Translations under genes and position numbers: made by a program | The notes under the pieces: generated by a model | Databases searched by the model: none | What the model was told of the DNA's origin: nothing | What the model saw: the letters and a program-made list of their open reading frames with translations, nothing else | Shown here: piece by piece, positions 26,301 to 39,317 of the stretch | Layout of the letters: the number at the start of each line of letters is the position of its first letter | Numbering within the stretch: position 1 is the stretch's first letter | NCBI GenBank assembly: GCA_028534125.1 | Contig: CM052818.1 | Coordinates: forward strand, 33,172,001-33,236,000 | DNA length: 64,000 nucleotides | Reading direction: 5' to 3' | From: Lama glama | Taxonomy: Eukaryota

Positions 26301-28699
26301 GGGCTGGGGGCACATCTACTTCCATCGTGGATTAACAGAAGCGGGAATGTATATTTTTAAAAATATCGGCCCACTTTTACACAGCTGAATATACTTTTGG
26401 TTAAACCTAAGAACGACCACATTAGGCCTCCCCCGGCAACCATTTTATTCAGGTCGGCTCCAAACACTAATCAATTCACACCTGAAGTAATTCTGTAAGC
26501 TTTCTCTGCCTCCAGGAATCGCTTTTCTCTCTGTCCTACACGGTGGTGCCAGCTTAATCGTCTTAACTCTACCCCTTGTTCTAGCCCATAGGGATGAACC
26601 AAGGTCTCCTGGGTAAAAATATAATTCTTAAATGCTGGTGGGGGCAGCTCAGGGAAGGCCTACGTATATTTTTCTTCTAAAGAAGGTGTGGTACAGCCCA
26701 TCAGGCTCCAGTTAAGACTAAGGTTTCAATACACAAGTTGAAGTCCATATACACAAGAGCATTTAAGGACAGATGGAAAGAATCAGATTAGGAATAAAAA
26801 AGAGAGAGAAGATCCAAAGGACTTTAAAATAAAGTCCCTTAAACCTGGTCACACCTCAGCAGAGCCTGACTGGACTCAACGGCTCACCCCTTCTCATTCA
26901 GCCTGCCTGCTGCTCTTACAACAAAGCAGCTAGTCTCACCTGCCCCGCCTTACTCTTGACCCCTTACCAGTACTCTCTGTGATGGAATGCTCTTTGTTTC
27001 TATAAGCCAAGTGGTTCACTTTAGGTATATTATTAATTGGTTTCACAGAAAAACAGGTTTGATTCTTTAAATGTTCAACTTGCTAAGTCATCACTCACCC
27101 TTAGCTCACGGAAAAATTAAACTGGAATCTGCCAAGAGGTGCCTGAACAGACACCAATATGGATCTGGAGGAGAGGTGTGAGAACTCCAGATCTAGAGGA
27201 ATGCTTCACTAAGAGGTGCCATTTTTCACATGTGTACATACACACACCCCTCTACGTAAATATACACGTATGTATGTATGTATTTGGTTTAAGGAGCAGG
27301 GCAGTTTAAGACTTGTACAAAAAGAGAAGAGAGAGCTGCTTGTCTGAAACTCAGAAATGTGACCGTGAGCATTCCTGACCATGGGACTCTTGACCGGTGA
27401 GAGTTAGGCATCCTTCAGCATCGCAAAGAATGACCTACGGAGTTTTAAACTATTTAAAAATCAGTGATGATTTGGTATGAGAGTAGGACCAAATGTGTTA
27501 TTTTAAGTCAAATAAGAAAAGAGGATGTGAGTTTGCACATTCATCTATAAAGTTTCTGAGTTGCTCTATCTGCTCTGACCCTGTGCTAAGGGCAGGGGAC
27601 TTCAAGATGAAGCAAAGATGAACTCTGCCCTCCAGGGCTCATCACTGGGCAAGTCAGCAAACACGAGAATCACATACAGTATTGAAGTCCTGAAGTGGGA
27701 GGATGCATTAAACATACTGGGGCTCAGAGGAAGAGAGACCGACTAGCTACTACTCAGGCTGTTTTCTTCCCCTTTGTTTCATAACGCGTCGTTTTTCTTT
27801 GGATAAGAAGTAGAAGGTGAGATCAACGGCCTTGCTTTGCCTCACTGCCGAATTGTCCTGAGGTTTCTGGCCAACTAACCCTCACGTCCAGGGACAACGC
27901 TACTTTGCCCCCAAGCTGCCTGTCCACCCCAGTGTGGCAGAGAAAGTCAAGTGCGGACTCCACGTGGCTCCGAGGGTCGCGCAGCCAGCCCAGGTAGCGG
28001 CACCAGCTGTTTCACTCTCCATGTTTTGCTCACAAGGGACTGAACTCTATGGCCAAGAACTACTGAGCGGCACAGGCTGTGCTGCTCCTGGGACCACAGG
28101 ACCAGAGCAGGGTGGCAGGCCACCGGGCCTCGTCTGAGCAGCAGGGTGTTCCTGCGTCAGAGCCTCAGGCCAAGGGGGACGTGCACTAGAGCTGTGCTCT
28201 GTCCAGTCTCCGAGGTGAACAGCCAGTTCTGTTCTGTTTTGTTTTAATTTCCTATCTGTCACAGACTGATAAAGAAAAATAAAACTGAATGGCCGAGACA
28301 ACAACCATGCTCAGATGCCACCTCAATGTCAAATTGCTAGAAAAGTTTCTAAGCGTTTACTCTCCAAGTCCACGTGGCTCCTCGTAGTCCCTGGTCAGAG
28401 AAGCCTCGAGACGTGCCTAATGGCGTTTCTGAAGCTGAGATAGTGTAGGTCCCAGAGCAGCTCTCCTGGAAAACACTTGCTGGTGGAGGTGGCCTCCCAG
28501 ACCATCTGGCCGCCAGCTAACTGTGGCTCTCTGAGGGTCTGATGGAACCACAGTGTCAACTTCTCCACCAGGGCTTTCCATGCTGCTGGGGCTGCCTGCT
28601 CACTCACTGCCCCTGTGCAGACCCGCAGACACCTCATGTCTCAGCCACTTCCTCCCCCGCTAACCAGCCTCTCACTTTCAGTGAGGCTCATCTTTTGGA

Positions 28700-29645
28700 A
28701 AATAAAAAAAAAATCCATTTTTGGGGGGTCATTCTGGATCCTCTCAGGACAAACACCCAGTCTCTACCACACCCTGGTTACCTCTGCTTCTACTCCAAGG
28801 GGAGCCTTCTCACTTAGTTCTCAGAACCTTCTGCGACCTCCTTGTCTCAGGTGAAACCTGGCTTGCTCCCTTGGCCACTCCCTTGAGTAGAAGCCACCTG
28901 TTTTCCCAGATTCACCTACACACCCAGCCTTGCCCCTAAGAAAAGCATCCCCATCTGAAGTTTCTACCATTTGACTGGATCACTTCTGTGGATCCTCTTT
29001 GCTGTCATCTACTCAGTCTCCTGGTTACATAATCAGCATTCTTGAGAATGTCTACACTTGCTTCAAGTCCTCTGCATTCTGATTCCTGTCATCATCCAGG
29101 GTAACTTCAGCATTTACAAGGGCAACCTATCCAGCACCCACCGCCCCATGGCCACACCTCCAACCTTCTCAACATCTACTTGTGCTCAGCTGCAAAATCA
29201 TTAACTTCTAAACTACTACTCTCTGACCACAATTTGAAAATTCACTGATTCAGAGACATTTTTAAGTGCTGACTACCCTCCTGGCACTGTGAGGTGCTGG
29301 TCATGCAGAGATGAATGAAACAACTTTTAGTTTGCTGTGCCGGCTCTAATGACTAGTCCAAAACTTCGCCTCTTTAAAAATCCTAATCCCATCCCTGATA
29401 TTTGCACTCAGGAGACAATCCTGCTTCCAACCAACTTATTAAGAGAAAAATGGACACTCAAGGGCAAATTATCTCCATTTCCTGGCCCTTCCTCCCTCCC
29501 TGCCTCTCTTACTCATCAATACCTGTCTTTCCTTCTGTCTCAGAGGAGGTTGAAGTTCCTTCATGTCCAAAACTCTTTCCTTGACCTGTGATCCAGGTTC
29601 CATACTTAAAAAAAAATTTTTTTTGGTGGGGGGAGGTAACTAGGT

Positions 29646-29677
<32 letters not shown>

Positions 29678-31230
29678 ATGGAGGTACTGGGGATTGAACC
29701 CAGGACCTCACGCATGCTAAGCATGCGCTCTACCCCCGAGCTATACTCAACCCCTCTAGGTTCCATACTCTTCTGCCACTGCTAGGATTTTGCTCTTTTA
29801 ATTCTCTTTCTCTCTTTTCCCTCTAAATTGGAACCTCTCTGTCGCAGGTTCCTTCTCATCATGCTAAAGAATCTCTTATCCCCATAAGGGCCCCTCCTGA
29901 CCACCACTCCTACTGGCTACTTCTCATTCATTCTTCTTTTAATTTTCTGAACTCCTTTAAGAGGATCGGCTCATCGGCTTCACTGTCAGCTCATGCCGCA
30001 ACCGTCTACACCCGGCCTCTGCCCGCTCTCAGTTATGCGTGTTTCCTCCCCTGCCTTTCCCACTCCAACCCTGGGCACGATGACCGCTGTTTACCAGCGC
30101 AAGTGCGTTCACTCTCACCTCACCTGCCACTCCAGCCTTCCTGGTGCTCCTCTCTCCTTGTTCTCACCTTACCTCTCCACTGCTCCTTCGTCTCCATCCC
30201 AGTCTCCTGACCACCACCAGCTATTGCCTCCCGCGAGCTGTGTTCACCCTCTCACGTTACAGACTGATCCTGCGGCGGGCGCCCCTTCCGTGCTACTCAG
30301 ATCACAAATCTGCACCAACCAAGATGGCTCTGTCTGAGCTTCAGTCCCCCATTTTTGGCTGCTTACCGACTATCTCCGCCTGCTTGTCACATAAATACCC
30401 CAACTCAGTATATTCAACTCATTGTCTTTCCCCCCAGTGCTGGTCCCTTTTTAACTTTCCACTCTCTACTCAGCATGTTAGCTGGGATTTACCCAGCAAT
30501 TTGCAACTCTCCCTTATTTCTTAAATCTGAATGTTCACTAAGAAGTGCTGATTCTCCCTCTGGAGCAGTTCTAGCACCTGTCCTTTCCCCTCCCTCCCTA
30601 CTTCCTTTCAGTGCCTTAGATGATCTGGCCTGGACTAGTTATCCCAAGTGGTTTTCCTAGCCCCGGCTTCTTCTCACTTGAATTCACCCTCCACTCGGCC
30701 ATCAGACCTATAGCGTAAGTGAGATAATGGCACATCTCTGTTTAAAATCCTTCCAAGGCTCTCCGTCAGTAATGGGATATACTTTGAACTCCTCACATAC
30801 AAGGCTCTCCATCATTAGGCACATTTTTTTCCCTGCCTCATTCCCATTACTCCCTTAACTCACATACTCTAAAAATGCAATATTATGAATTATCCCCGAT
30901 CGTCTGAATGCACCACATTAGTCCACAAGCACAGTGTTCTCCCTGGGACATTCTTCCCTTGTTATCTCCGTAGCATATTTCTATCAGCACTTAGAGACCC
31001 AGCCCTAGGGCATTTCTGTAAAACCCCACAGAAGGGGTTTTATACACCTGTACTTTACACCTGTATTATAGCATCTTTCACACCTGTATTAGAGCAGCTT
31101 GTATTAATGTATTTGCATATCTGCCTCCCCTACTTGACTGTAAATTCATTGCACCTACACATTTCTGTGACCACCGCTCCCAACAGAGAGTTTGGGCCAT
31201 AGGAGATCTTCAAAGGTCTGCTGAGCTGAC
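28700..31230 (+). mobile_element. Long decayed LINE-2 from the endonuclease region to the 3' end, interrupted by younger insertions
   Basis: C/T-rich + strand. Peptide remnants DLLVSGETWLAP (GETWL at 28850-28864) and PVIIQGNFSIY (29085-29117) resemble the CR1/L2 APE motifs TETWL and IILGDFNIH. L2-type 3' region at 30600-31230. Confidence 0.75.
29607..29754 (-). mobile_element. tRNA-derived SINE, camelid vic-1-like, with 15-bp TSD
   Basis: Reverse complement GGGGTTGAGTATAGCTCGGGGGTAGAGCGCATGCTTAGCATGCGTGAGGTCCTGGGTTCAATCCCCAGTACCTCCA-(TAAA)n-CCTAGTTACCTCCCCCC. Flanks tccaggttccatact (29592-29606) and tctaggttccatact (29755-29769). Confidence 0.92.
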
Positions 31231-31849
31231 TCGAACGGACACGAGGCTTTTCTCTGACAACAGGACCATGTTTTTAACGTCCTCATGCCCTGACATTTCT
31301 TAGTAAGAGTGCTTCAGGCACCGCAGGTGAGGAATGAAACAGTTTCAGAGGTAACTGCCAGGTGACAGAAGTGGTTAAAGGTGACCTCCATGAGCGGTGT
31401 GGGGCAGAGGACTTTCACTTTTCATTGAATCTCTTTCTGGAATATTTGCTTTTGTAACCATGTTCAGGTTTCTTTGATAAAAATAATAAATATACAAATT
31501 CTTTGTTGGTTATGAATCATCTATTGATAATGATCTATGGTCTACAAATAGCAAAGGGCCATTTCCTGTTTGTTTGAAAGGATGGGTCATGTCTGAGGGC
31601 TTAACTCTGAACAGACGGCATAATGAGCGTATCCCAATGACCAGGCCGCCATCCATGTGCGGGGCTGTTGCTCAAGGGTCACCTGGCCAGCAGAGCCCTG
31701 CGCCCGAGAACAAAGCAGCAGCCCTCCCTGCAGAGAGAATCAAGTCTTTGCTTCAACACGTCTGCTTATGTACCCAGATCGTTTTTCTCAACGTGTGTTC
31801 ACACACGTCGGTACATATGTTTGTATGTATAGTTTTTTTTTTTTTAAGT

Positions 31850-32840
31850 ATCAAAGTACTTTAAGAAAATACGATTTTATTTCTCCTACTCCCTGACATG
31901 GGCGTGGTGCGGAGGGGAGCAAGCCTTTGTAAGCTATTTCTCCCAGCTTATGAAAACTAGGATTTTCACGTTAGGCTGAAGATTTTCATACACACACACA
32001 TTTGGTTAAAGGAAGTGGGCCTGGATGCCAGACAGCTCAGTGCCAGAAGGGTGGTGCTGAGATTTCTACCGGGTACAGGTGTACACCAGGGTCAGGGCCC
32101 CAGACGTGAAGCAGGTGGCCCTGTAGTGGACAGCAGCAGAATGAACGGCATATCAGCCGGCACCGCTCACAGAGTCTATCAAAAGCCAGAGGTGAAGACA
32201 AATCAACCCCTGATAAAAACATCTGATGGCTGCGTGGTAGAAAGGCATTTTTTGCTTTGGTATGTAATTTCCTCAGTACTTAACTACCAAAGGGTATCAG
32301 AATTGAATTCTAGCGCACTTTCTAAATGGGAGCTGAGTCACAGGTACCTCGGTGCTGCGTCTGCAATCCCAAGTGGGTGACTCACGTCTGTAAAATTCTG
32401 AGAGAAAGTACCAACCGACCCGTTGCTTAGTCATCTTTTGCATGGATGCTGGGTTCATGAGCTCTGTAAACTATAATGAGCGATCTAGCTTTTTACCATC
32501 TCTTTATTCTTTTCTAAACAGTACAAATTACATCTCTAAAAATAACTTCTTCTGTGCAAGTGAGTCACTTCGACCTGACAAGCTTCCACAAGCTACCCAG
32601 ATAAACTGTAATATTTACTGGTGAAGGTACAAATCTTACTGTCCTATTAGCCCCCCCCCTTTTTTAGATCAAAATTTGGTAGACTTTGGGAAGGGAGGAG
32701 GGTTTCATCAAATGTTAGGAAAATACTCCTACCTTTGTCATGGGCAAGGGTATGGGGTGGGAATGGGGAAGGAATCCTTTGAAAGTTATCTCTAACAGCT
32801 TATGAAAACTAGAACTTTAATATTTCAGGTTGAAGATGAA
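31850..32840 (+). repeat. Diverged direct repeat pair (~31850-31985 and ~32705-32840)
   Basis: Exact 17-mer cagcttatgaaaactag at 31944-31960 and 32796-32812, with collinear flanking matches (gaaaata, ctcctac, catgggc, cctttg.aag.tat, agg.tgaagat). Confidence 0.85.
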
Positions 32841-34589
32841 TCAAAGACTCTGAACTTTTCTTTTATTAAGGGGGTGCTTCCTGGCTGTTGAAGGAGAACT
32901 AGCAGTAATTTAACTTACTCTAAAATCCTGAACTGGGAATTTACAACATTTTTGACAAAAGACCCAGCCACGCTAATAAATGCGTATGTATTAAACACTC
33001 ACCTTTACTGTCCCAGTAGCTGACTCCCTCGCCACGCCCTGGATTCTTCGCACACAACTAAGCTTGTTACTCCACCCGTTTGCTGGGTAGCTGTCCAAGC
33101 CCCAGGCCTGCCTGCTGGTCTTTAGCTCGCTTGCCTTTCTGGGTCTGGCGCTGCCAGCTCTCACCAGCCCCACCCCAGGCCTGTCCCAGTTAGACAATAA
33201 GTACAATGAATTCAACCCGAGGCAGCAGCAGGTTACCTGCAAGAAGTTTATACCTTCATAAATCAGGCAGTGATACTGAAACATCAAAGCACTGTTAATC
33301 TGCACTCTGGCTGGAGCCAGAAAAGACTGGAAGGGTTTCTCATCAGTGTTGATCAGGAATGGAATTACTGATACCTTCAGGCCTAGCAAGTTTCCACTGC
33401 GGTTTCAGCTTCTCCTTTAAGAGATCAGACCACTTGGCCTCAACTGGATGGCCACATGATCATGATCAATCTTCCCCAGGGCAGGGGGTGCTTTAGAATA
33501 GAAATATGAAATCACTGGTCCATCTGAAAATTCCCCAGGAAATGGCCTGCAAAGCCCACTGCCTGGCTCTTACCCGGGCAGACGCTGAGTCACATTAACC
33601 CTCTCCAGCCTCCTGTTCACTTGACTTGTCCCAAGGAGGCCAGCTGGAGTCACCTGGACTCTGTCTTTCACTCTGGGGAGCAGCTGCCCCCCGCAGTGGT
33701 GCCTACCTCAGCGTATTGGGTCTGGTCCCTTCTGCTAGGTCTTCACTAATTCAGACCCAGCCCCAGGCCCCAGCCATGGCCTGGCCCCACCTGCAGGAGC
33801 TGCCCTCCACGTCTACACCCACCTGTGGGCTCTGCTGCACTCAGGCTCCCACAGGACAGTGTCCCTTGTTTCCCTGTCATTCTCGCAAGTTTGATGTTAC
33901 TCAATCTCCCTCAGCCCCTCTCTTCTCACTTGAAAAATGGGGAGAATAACCATCTAGTCCTCAGGGTTCTGATTATGAAAAGACACCTACAGACTACAAG
34001 TCTGCTCCAACCACCCAGCCTCCCATCTCAGCACGTGGTTGCTGGCCCCCGCCAAGTGCCTAACACCATACGGGGCCCTCTACATCATAACGACATAATT
34101 TAAAACATCCTTTAGACATAGTAGTCGTGGACCTCTGCGAGGAAATTAACCAGAATAATAAAGCAAATACGCACAACAATTAAAGAACCATTCAAGTCGA
34201 TATATGTTAAAGTCTCATACTTATATTCAGATTGAGATGGAGGTGATCAGGTTAGAGAGAAAACTGGAGATCGGTTTTAAGAAATGGTGCATGAAATATA
34301 TCTAGGTCAAGGGGAGACAGCAAAGAGGCCAAAGGTGAGTGAGAGAGAAAGCCCGGTGGGTGAGGGGAGCCTGTGTCCTGAGGGAGGCTGCCAGGCACTT
34401 CCGAGCAGAAGAGAAACACAATGAAAGTGGTGTTTCAATACAGTCAATTTGGTGGCAGGGCTCAGAGCGACAAACAAACCAGCTGGCCAGTGAAACAATC
34501 CTGGAGCCGTGATTGGCTATAAACTAGGGTGGAGGCAGAGGAGTGGCCACACAGGGATAAATAACACCTTACACAGGATGGTTTCCAGT

Positions 34590-34760
34590 CTGCTTTCATG
34601 TGATTTAATCTTCATAAAACCCCCTGTAAAGTAGGCAGGATAAACAACAATACCATTTTACAGATGAGGAAACGGTCTCAGGGCCAGGATACCGTGAGGC
34701 TGGGAACTCAAGCCGGGTTTCTGACAGAGGTGTGTGTTCTATCTGTGTGGTTCTCAGGAC
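34590..34760 (-). mobile_element. MIR SINE
   Basis: atttaatcttcataaaaccccctgtaaagtagg...ccattttacagatgaggaaacggtctcagg. Confidence 0.75.
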
Positions 34761-36684
34761 TAGCTGTGCACCAGACTTACCTAGGAAGCTGTTTTTAAAA
34801 TACACAACTGTTTTAAAATAAAAACCAGCAACACTCCGCACCCCCACCCCCGCCCTTCCCCCCATTCAGGACTCTGATTCCATAACAGACGAGGGTGGGG
34901 AGAGGAGAAAGGCAGGGAGGTGTTCAGGTGTCAGACTTTCTCAAGGCTTTGAAGGGTTCTAATGGACGGTTGGACCTGGAACCCTGCAGGGCCCGAGTGG
35001 ATAGAGTGTAAACGAGGAGGAGAAATTACCCTTCGCGCCAATGTTCGGAGCCTCAGTTCCTGGGAGTCTGGTTCTGCTATTAAAGGCTGGGTGGAGCAGA
35101 AGCTGTTGGCTCCAGGGCATCTGGTAAAAACTGTCTCCCAGCCAGAGAGGCTGTCTCAGCTCCACGGGCCTGTCTCAGCTCCTGTCTTTTATCTTCATCA
35201 GCCAGAGTAAAAAAAGTGTTGTGGAATTCCAGAAGACTGGCTGAGGGCAGTGGCCGGAAGACGACCTCTGGTGCTGGGAGGGCTTTAGGCTCCTCCAGCT
35301 CTGAGTGGCACCGGTCTGCTGGGCTCCCCCGGCCTCCCCATCTCCATCTCTCTCATCACTCCACAGACTACTTCAGCCTTGTCACCTCCCAGCTCAAATG
35401 GGGTCTTTGTGAAGCTTTCACCAGCTTCCTCAGAACCCTCTTCAGTTCCAGACAACTCTGGAAGTCCCTATCCCACTGTGGGCTTTCTTGGTCTCACACA
35501 CTTCCCCACTAGACAATGAACAACTTGATGGCAGGCACCATCTCGCACCATCCTGTATTCCTGACACGGGAGGGGCTCAGTAACCATTTGTTTACTTTGT
35601 GTGGTGACCACTGAATTTGAACCACCCTGAATACACTTCTGTCTGATCTCAGCTTTCTGCTACACCCTCATCACTCTTTGGAGCAAACATGAATGTCTAT
35701 CAAGCCACACCTTCATTGGACTGTTCTGACTTCTGGTGAGGCCTGACTCCTGGAGTTGGGCCAAGTTGGCCTTCCCCTTATCTTTGAGTCTGTCCCAGCA
35801 ATAGGTTGCCTTTTTTTTATTATATGGGGTTCATCCCTCACTATTTCCCTCCCTGAAGCTCCAAATTTTAAGAGAATTTGCCTTAACAACCATGTCCCTA
35901 TGAAATACCCACATTACTAAACCAAAGTGACACAATTCTAAACCAAAGCAAAAAAATCTTGCTATTTCATTTAGCTCATACAACTTTATCATGGATAAGT
36001 CTCTGACTTCTATGAGGCTTTTTGAATCACAGCTCTGAACGCAGTTTGGTCACAGACCTTCATTGCTGCTTTTGTGAACAGTTAAACTGGTCTAAATACT
36101 AGAATCCCTTACCTCCTGTTTATCACACTATGCCCCGCCTTCCAAGTAGAATCTTAAAATCTCATGGATGCTCTCCCAAAAGAATCCTCCCAATTCCCCA
36201 CCAGTTAACATAACTCTCTCCCTTCTCCTCCCCTTAAAAGGTATTTGTACCCATTGTATCTGTACTTTCTACAAACATGCCAACCGAAAGTGAATACCCT
36301 TGACAGTAGAAGCCACCTCTAAAATCTACCTTGTGCCTAGAACTAGATGAGTAATCATTTGAAATTATTAAATGTTACTAATTGGCATAAATGTCATAAG
36401 CTGGGGGTAATCACCAAGCTTGTGCACTTATCTATGCAGATTGAAAATACATTTTAAACATGCCATTTTCAAACTGATGAAACAGAGTATTCCAATATTA
36501 TATTGTATAGTTAACATTCATGATTGGCCTTTTCCCTTTTAAGTATTGGTTCCATAAAGGATGGATGTGGGGGTGATACACACTTTCTGTACGTATCTAA
36601 AATCTTTTCCAATATTATGGGATTGCTTCAGTTTCTACATGTTAATGGAACCCTTGCTGTAAAGAAAATGGACATTTATCACAC

Positions 36685-38382
36685 TACCTAAAGTGATCTA
36701 CAGACTCAGTGCAATTCCATCAAAATCCCAATGGTATTCTTAACAGAAATTTTAAAAATTCCTAAAATTCACATAAAACTGCAAAAGACCCCAAATAGTC
36801 AAGACCATCTTAAGCAAGAAGAACAGAGCTGGAGGCATCATACTTCCTGGCTGCAAAATATATCACAAAGCTACAGTAATCAAAAGAGTATGGCACTGGC
36901 ATTAAAATAGACACATAGACCAATGGAACAGAATAGAGTGCCCAGAAATAAACCTACATACTTATAGTCTTTGACAAGATTACCAAGATCTTTGACAAGA
37001 TTACCAAGAACACACAATGGAGAAAAGACAGTCTCTTCACTAAATGTTGCTCAGAAAACTGGACATCCACATGCAGAAAAATGAAACTGGACGCTTACCT
37101 CACACCATATAAAAAAACTCGAAATGGATTAAAGACTTGAACATAAGAACCCAAACTATAAAACTACTAGAAGAAAACAGAAGAAGCTTCTTGGTCTGGG
37201 CAAAGATTTTTTGGATATAATACCAAAAGCAAAAATAGACAAGTGGGATTGCAACAAACTAAAAAGCTACTGCACAGCAAAGGAAACAATCAACAGAGTG
37301 AGAGGCAACCTATGGAATGGAAGAAAAAATGTGAAAAACATGTATCAATAATGGGTTAATAGCCAAAATATTTATGAAACTCATGCTCAATAGCAAAAAA
37401 CAAAAAACCAAAACCCCCCACAAATAACCTAATTAAAAACCAAGCAAAGGACCTGAATAGACATTTCTCAAAAGTAGACATACAAAAGGTGATCAACATC
37501 ACTAATCATTAGAACCACAGTGAGATATCACCTCATTGTCAGAATGGCTCTTATAGCAATAAGACAAAAGACAACAAACGCAAGCAAGGAAACTATTGGT
37601 GGGAATGTAAAGTGGTTCAGCAATCATGAAAAACAGTATAGAGATTCCTCAAAAAATTAAAAATAGAATTACCCAATGATCCAACAATCTCACTCCTGGG
37701 TATATATCCAAGGAAATGAAATCAGTACCCTGAAGAGATAGCTATAGTTCCACATTGACTGTAGCATTATTCGCAACAGCCAAGATACGAAAACAATCTA
37801 AGTGCCCATTGATGGAAGGGATCAAGAAAATGTGGTTTACATATACGATAGAATATTATTCACCCTTAAAGAAGGAAGGAAATCCTACCATTTGTGACCT
37901 AATGGATAAACCAGAGGACATGGTGCTTAGTGAAATAAGCTAGACACAGGACAGATGTTGCATGTTCTCACTCATATGTGGAATCTAAAATAGTCAAACT
38001 CATAGAAACAGAGAGTAGAATGGTGGTTGCCAGAGGTTGTGGGGGAGGAGGAAATGGGGAGACGTCAGTCAAAGGGTACAAAGTTTCAGTTATGCAAGAT
38101 GAATAAGTTCTGGAGAGCTAATGCACAGCATAGTGGCTACAGTTAACAACACTGTATTGTATACTTAAAATTTGCTAAGAGGGTAGATCTTAAATGTTGT
38201 CCCCACACACAAAAATAAGAAAAGGAAAAAATAAGATGACCATGTGAGGTGATGGATATGTTAATTAGCTTGAGTGTAGTGATCATTTCACAGTGTCTAT
38301 GTATATCAAAACATCAAGTTGTACACTTTAAATATCTACAATTTTTATTTTTCAATTATACACTCAATAAAGCTGAAAAAAA
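36685..38382 (+). mobile_element. 5'-truncated LINE-1, L1MA/L1MB-like: ORF2 3' part, 3' UTR and A tail
   Basis: L1 ORF2 DNA (gctggaggcatcatacttcctg, atagaccaatggaacagaatagag, gcacagcaaaggaaacaatcaacagagtga). 3' UTR gggtacaaagtttcagttatgcaagatgaataagttctggaga..tttgctaagagggtagatcttaa, ending aataaagctgaaaaaaa. Confidence 0.95.
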
Positions 38383-39074
38383 GGGGTGGCATGGATATAT
38401 AAGAACCTTGTTCCCTGTACAGTATGTTGGCAGGTTAATCGCTCAAGACTTTTTTCCTTGAACAAGAACACCAGGAACTATTTGAAGACTGGGACTGAGT
38501 CACGTCACTGCAGTTGGAAGCATAGTCGTGCCTGTTACAAGGAGAGGAGGTTACTTTGGTTCACATCCTGGGTGGGCGAGACCTTGAAGGAATAACTTCC
38601 CCAATGCAGCAGGAAGCGGCCCTGGTGGCAGGTGGTGGCTCTGGTCCAGCTCGAGGCCCAACCAAATCAAACACACCCAATCACCTTGCATTTACAAAAA
38701 CCTCTTCTATTTGGATGACAGGGCAAAATGCTAAGACTCTGGGTCTGTATTCTGAAGAATTCCATACACGTGAAGCAGCTGCCTCCTTTTATCTCAAACA
38801 CTGCCAGACAAGTAAAGCATTCCACTGAGATTTAGCTGTGTGTTCATGGACGGCTATCTTTTAAATCGGGAAAACCAAATAAGATGCTCCCCAAACTTTT
38901 TTGTCTTCAAGGTTCTAGAGCATAATCTGTATATGTCAAGTTGGTGTTCACGCACCCCCTGCATAACTGACACCCGCATCCCAGGGAAACGGGGCAAGCT
39001 CACATCATTCTAGGAATCAAGAAATACTAGCTTTACATCACTGTGTGAGCAAGATAAGGCAAGGAAGAGAAGAA

Positions 39075-39310
39075 AGGGCTCAGGGTTTGAATTTAAACAT
39101 TTGGGACATTGTTTAATTTGTCCTGCCTTTACCACCTGCGGGCTCTCAGGCACATTACTACACCTCCCTGCTTTCTACCTGTCCATTTGGAGATAGTGAT
39201 TTTTATCTGGCAGGGCAGGCAGGGCTGTTGTAAGGATTATATGAGACGAGGCACTTAAGGTATCTAGCACAATGACTGTCTCACAGGGAGTGTTCCCTGC
39301 AGCACAGCTG
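39075..39310 (+). mobile_element. MIR SINE
   Basis: agggctcagggtttgaa..tcctgcctttaccacctg..ctgtccatttggagatagtg..agggctgttgtaaggatta..tctagcacaatgactg. Confidence 0.55.
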
Positions 39311-39317
39311 TTAGTGT

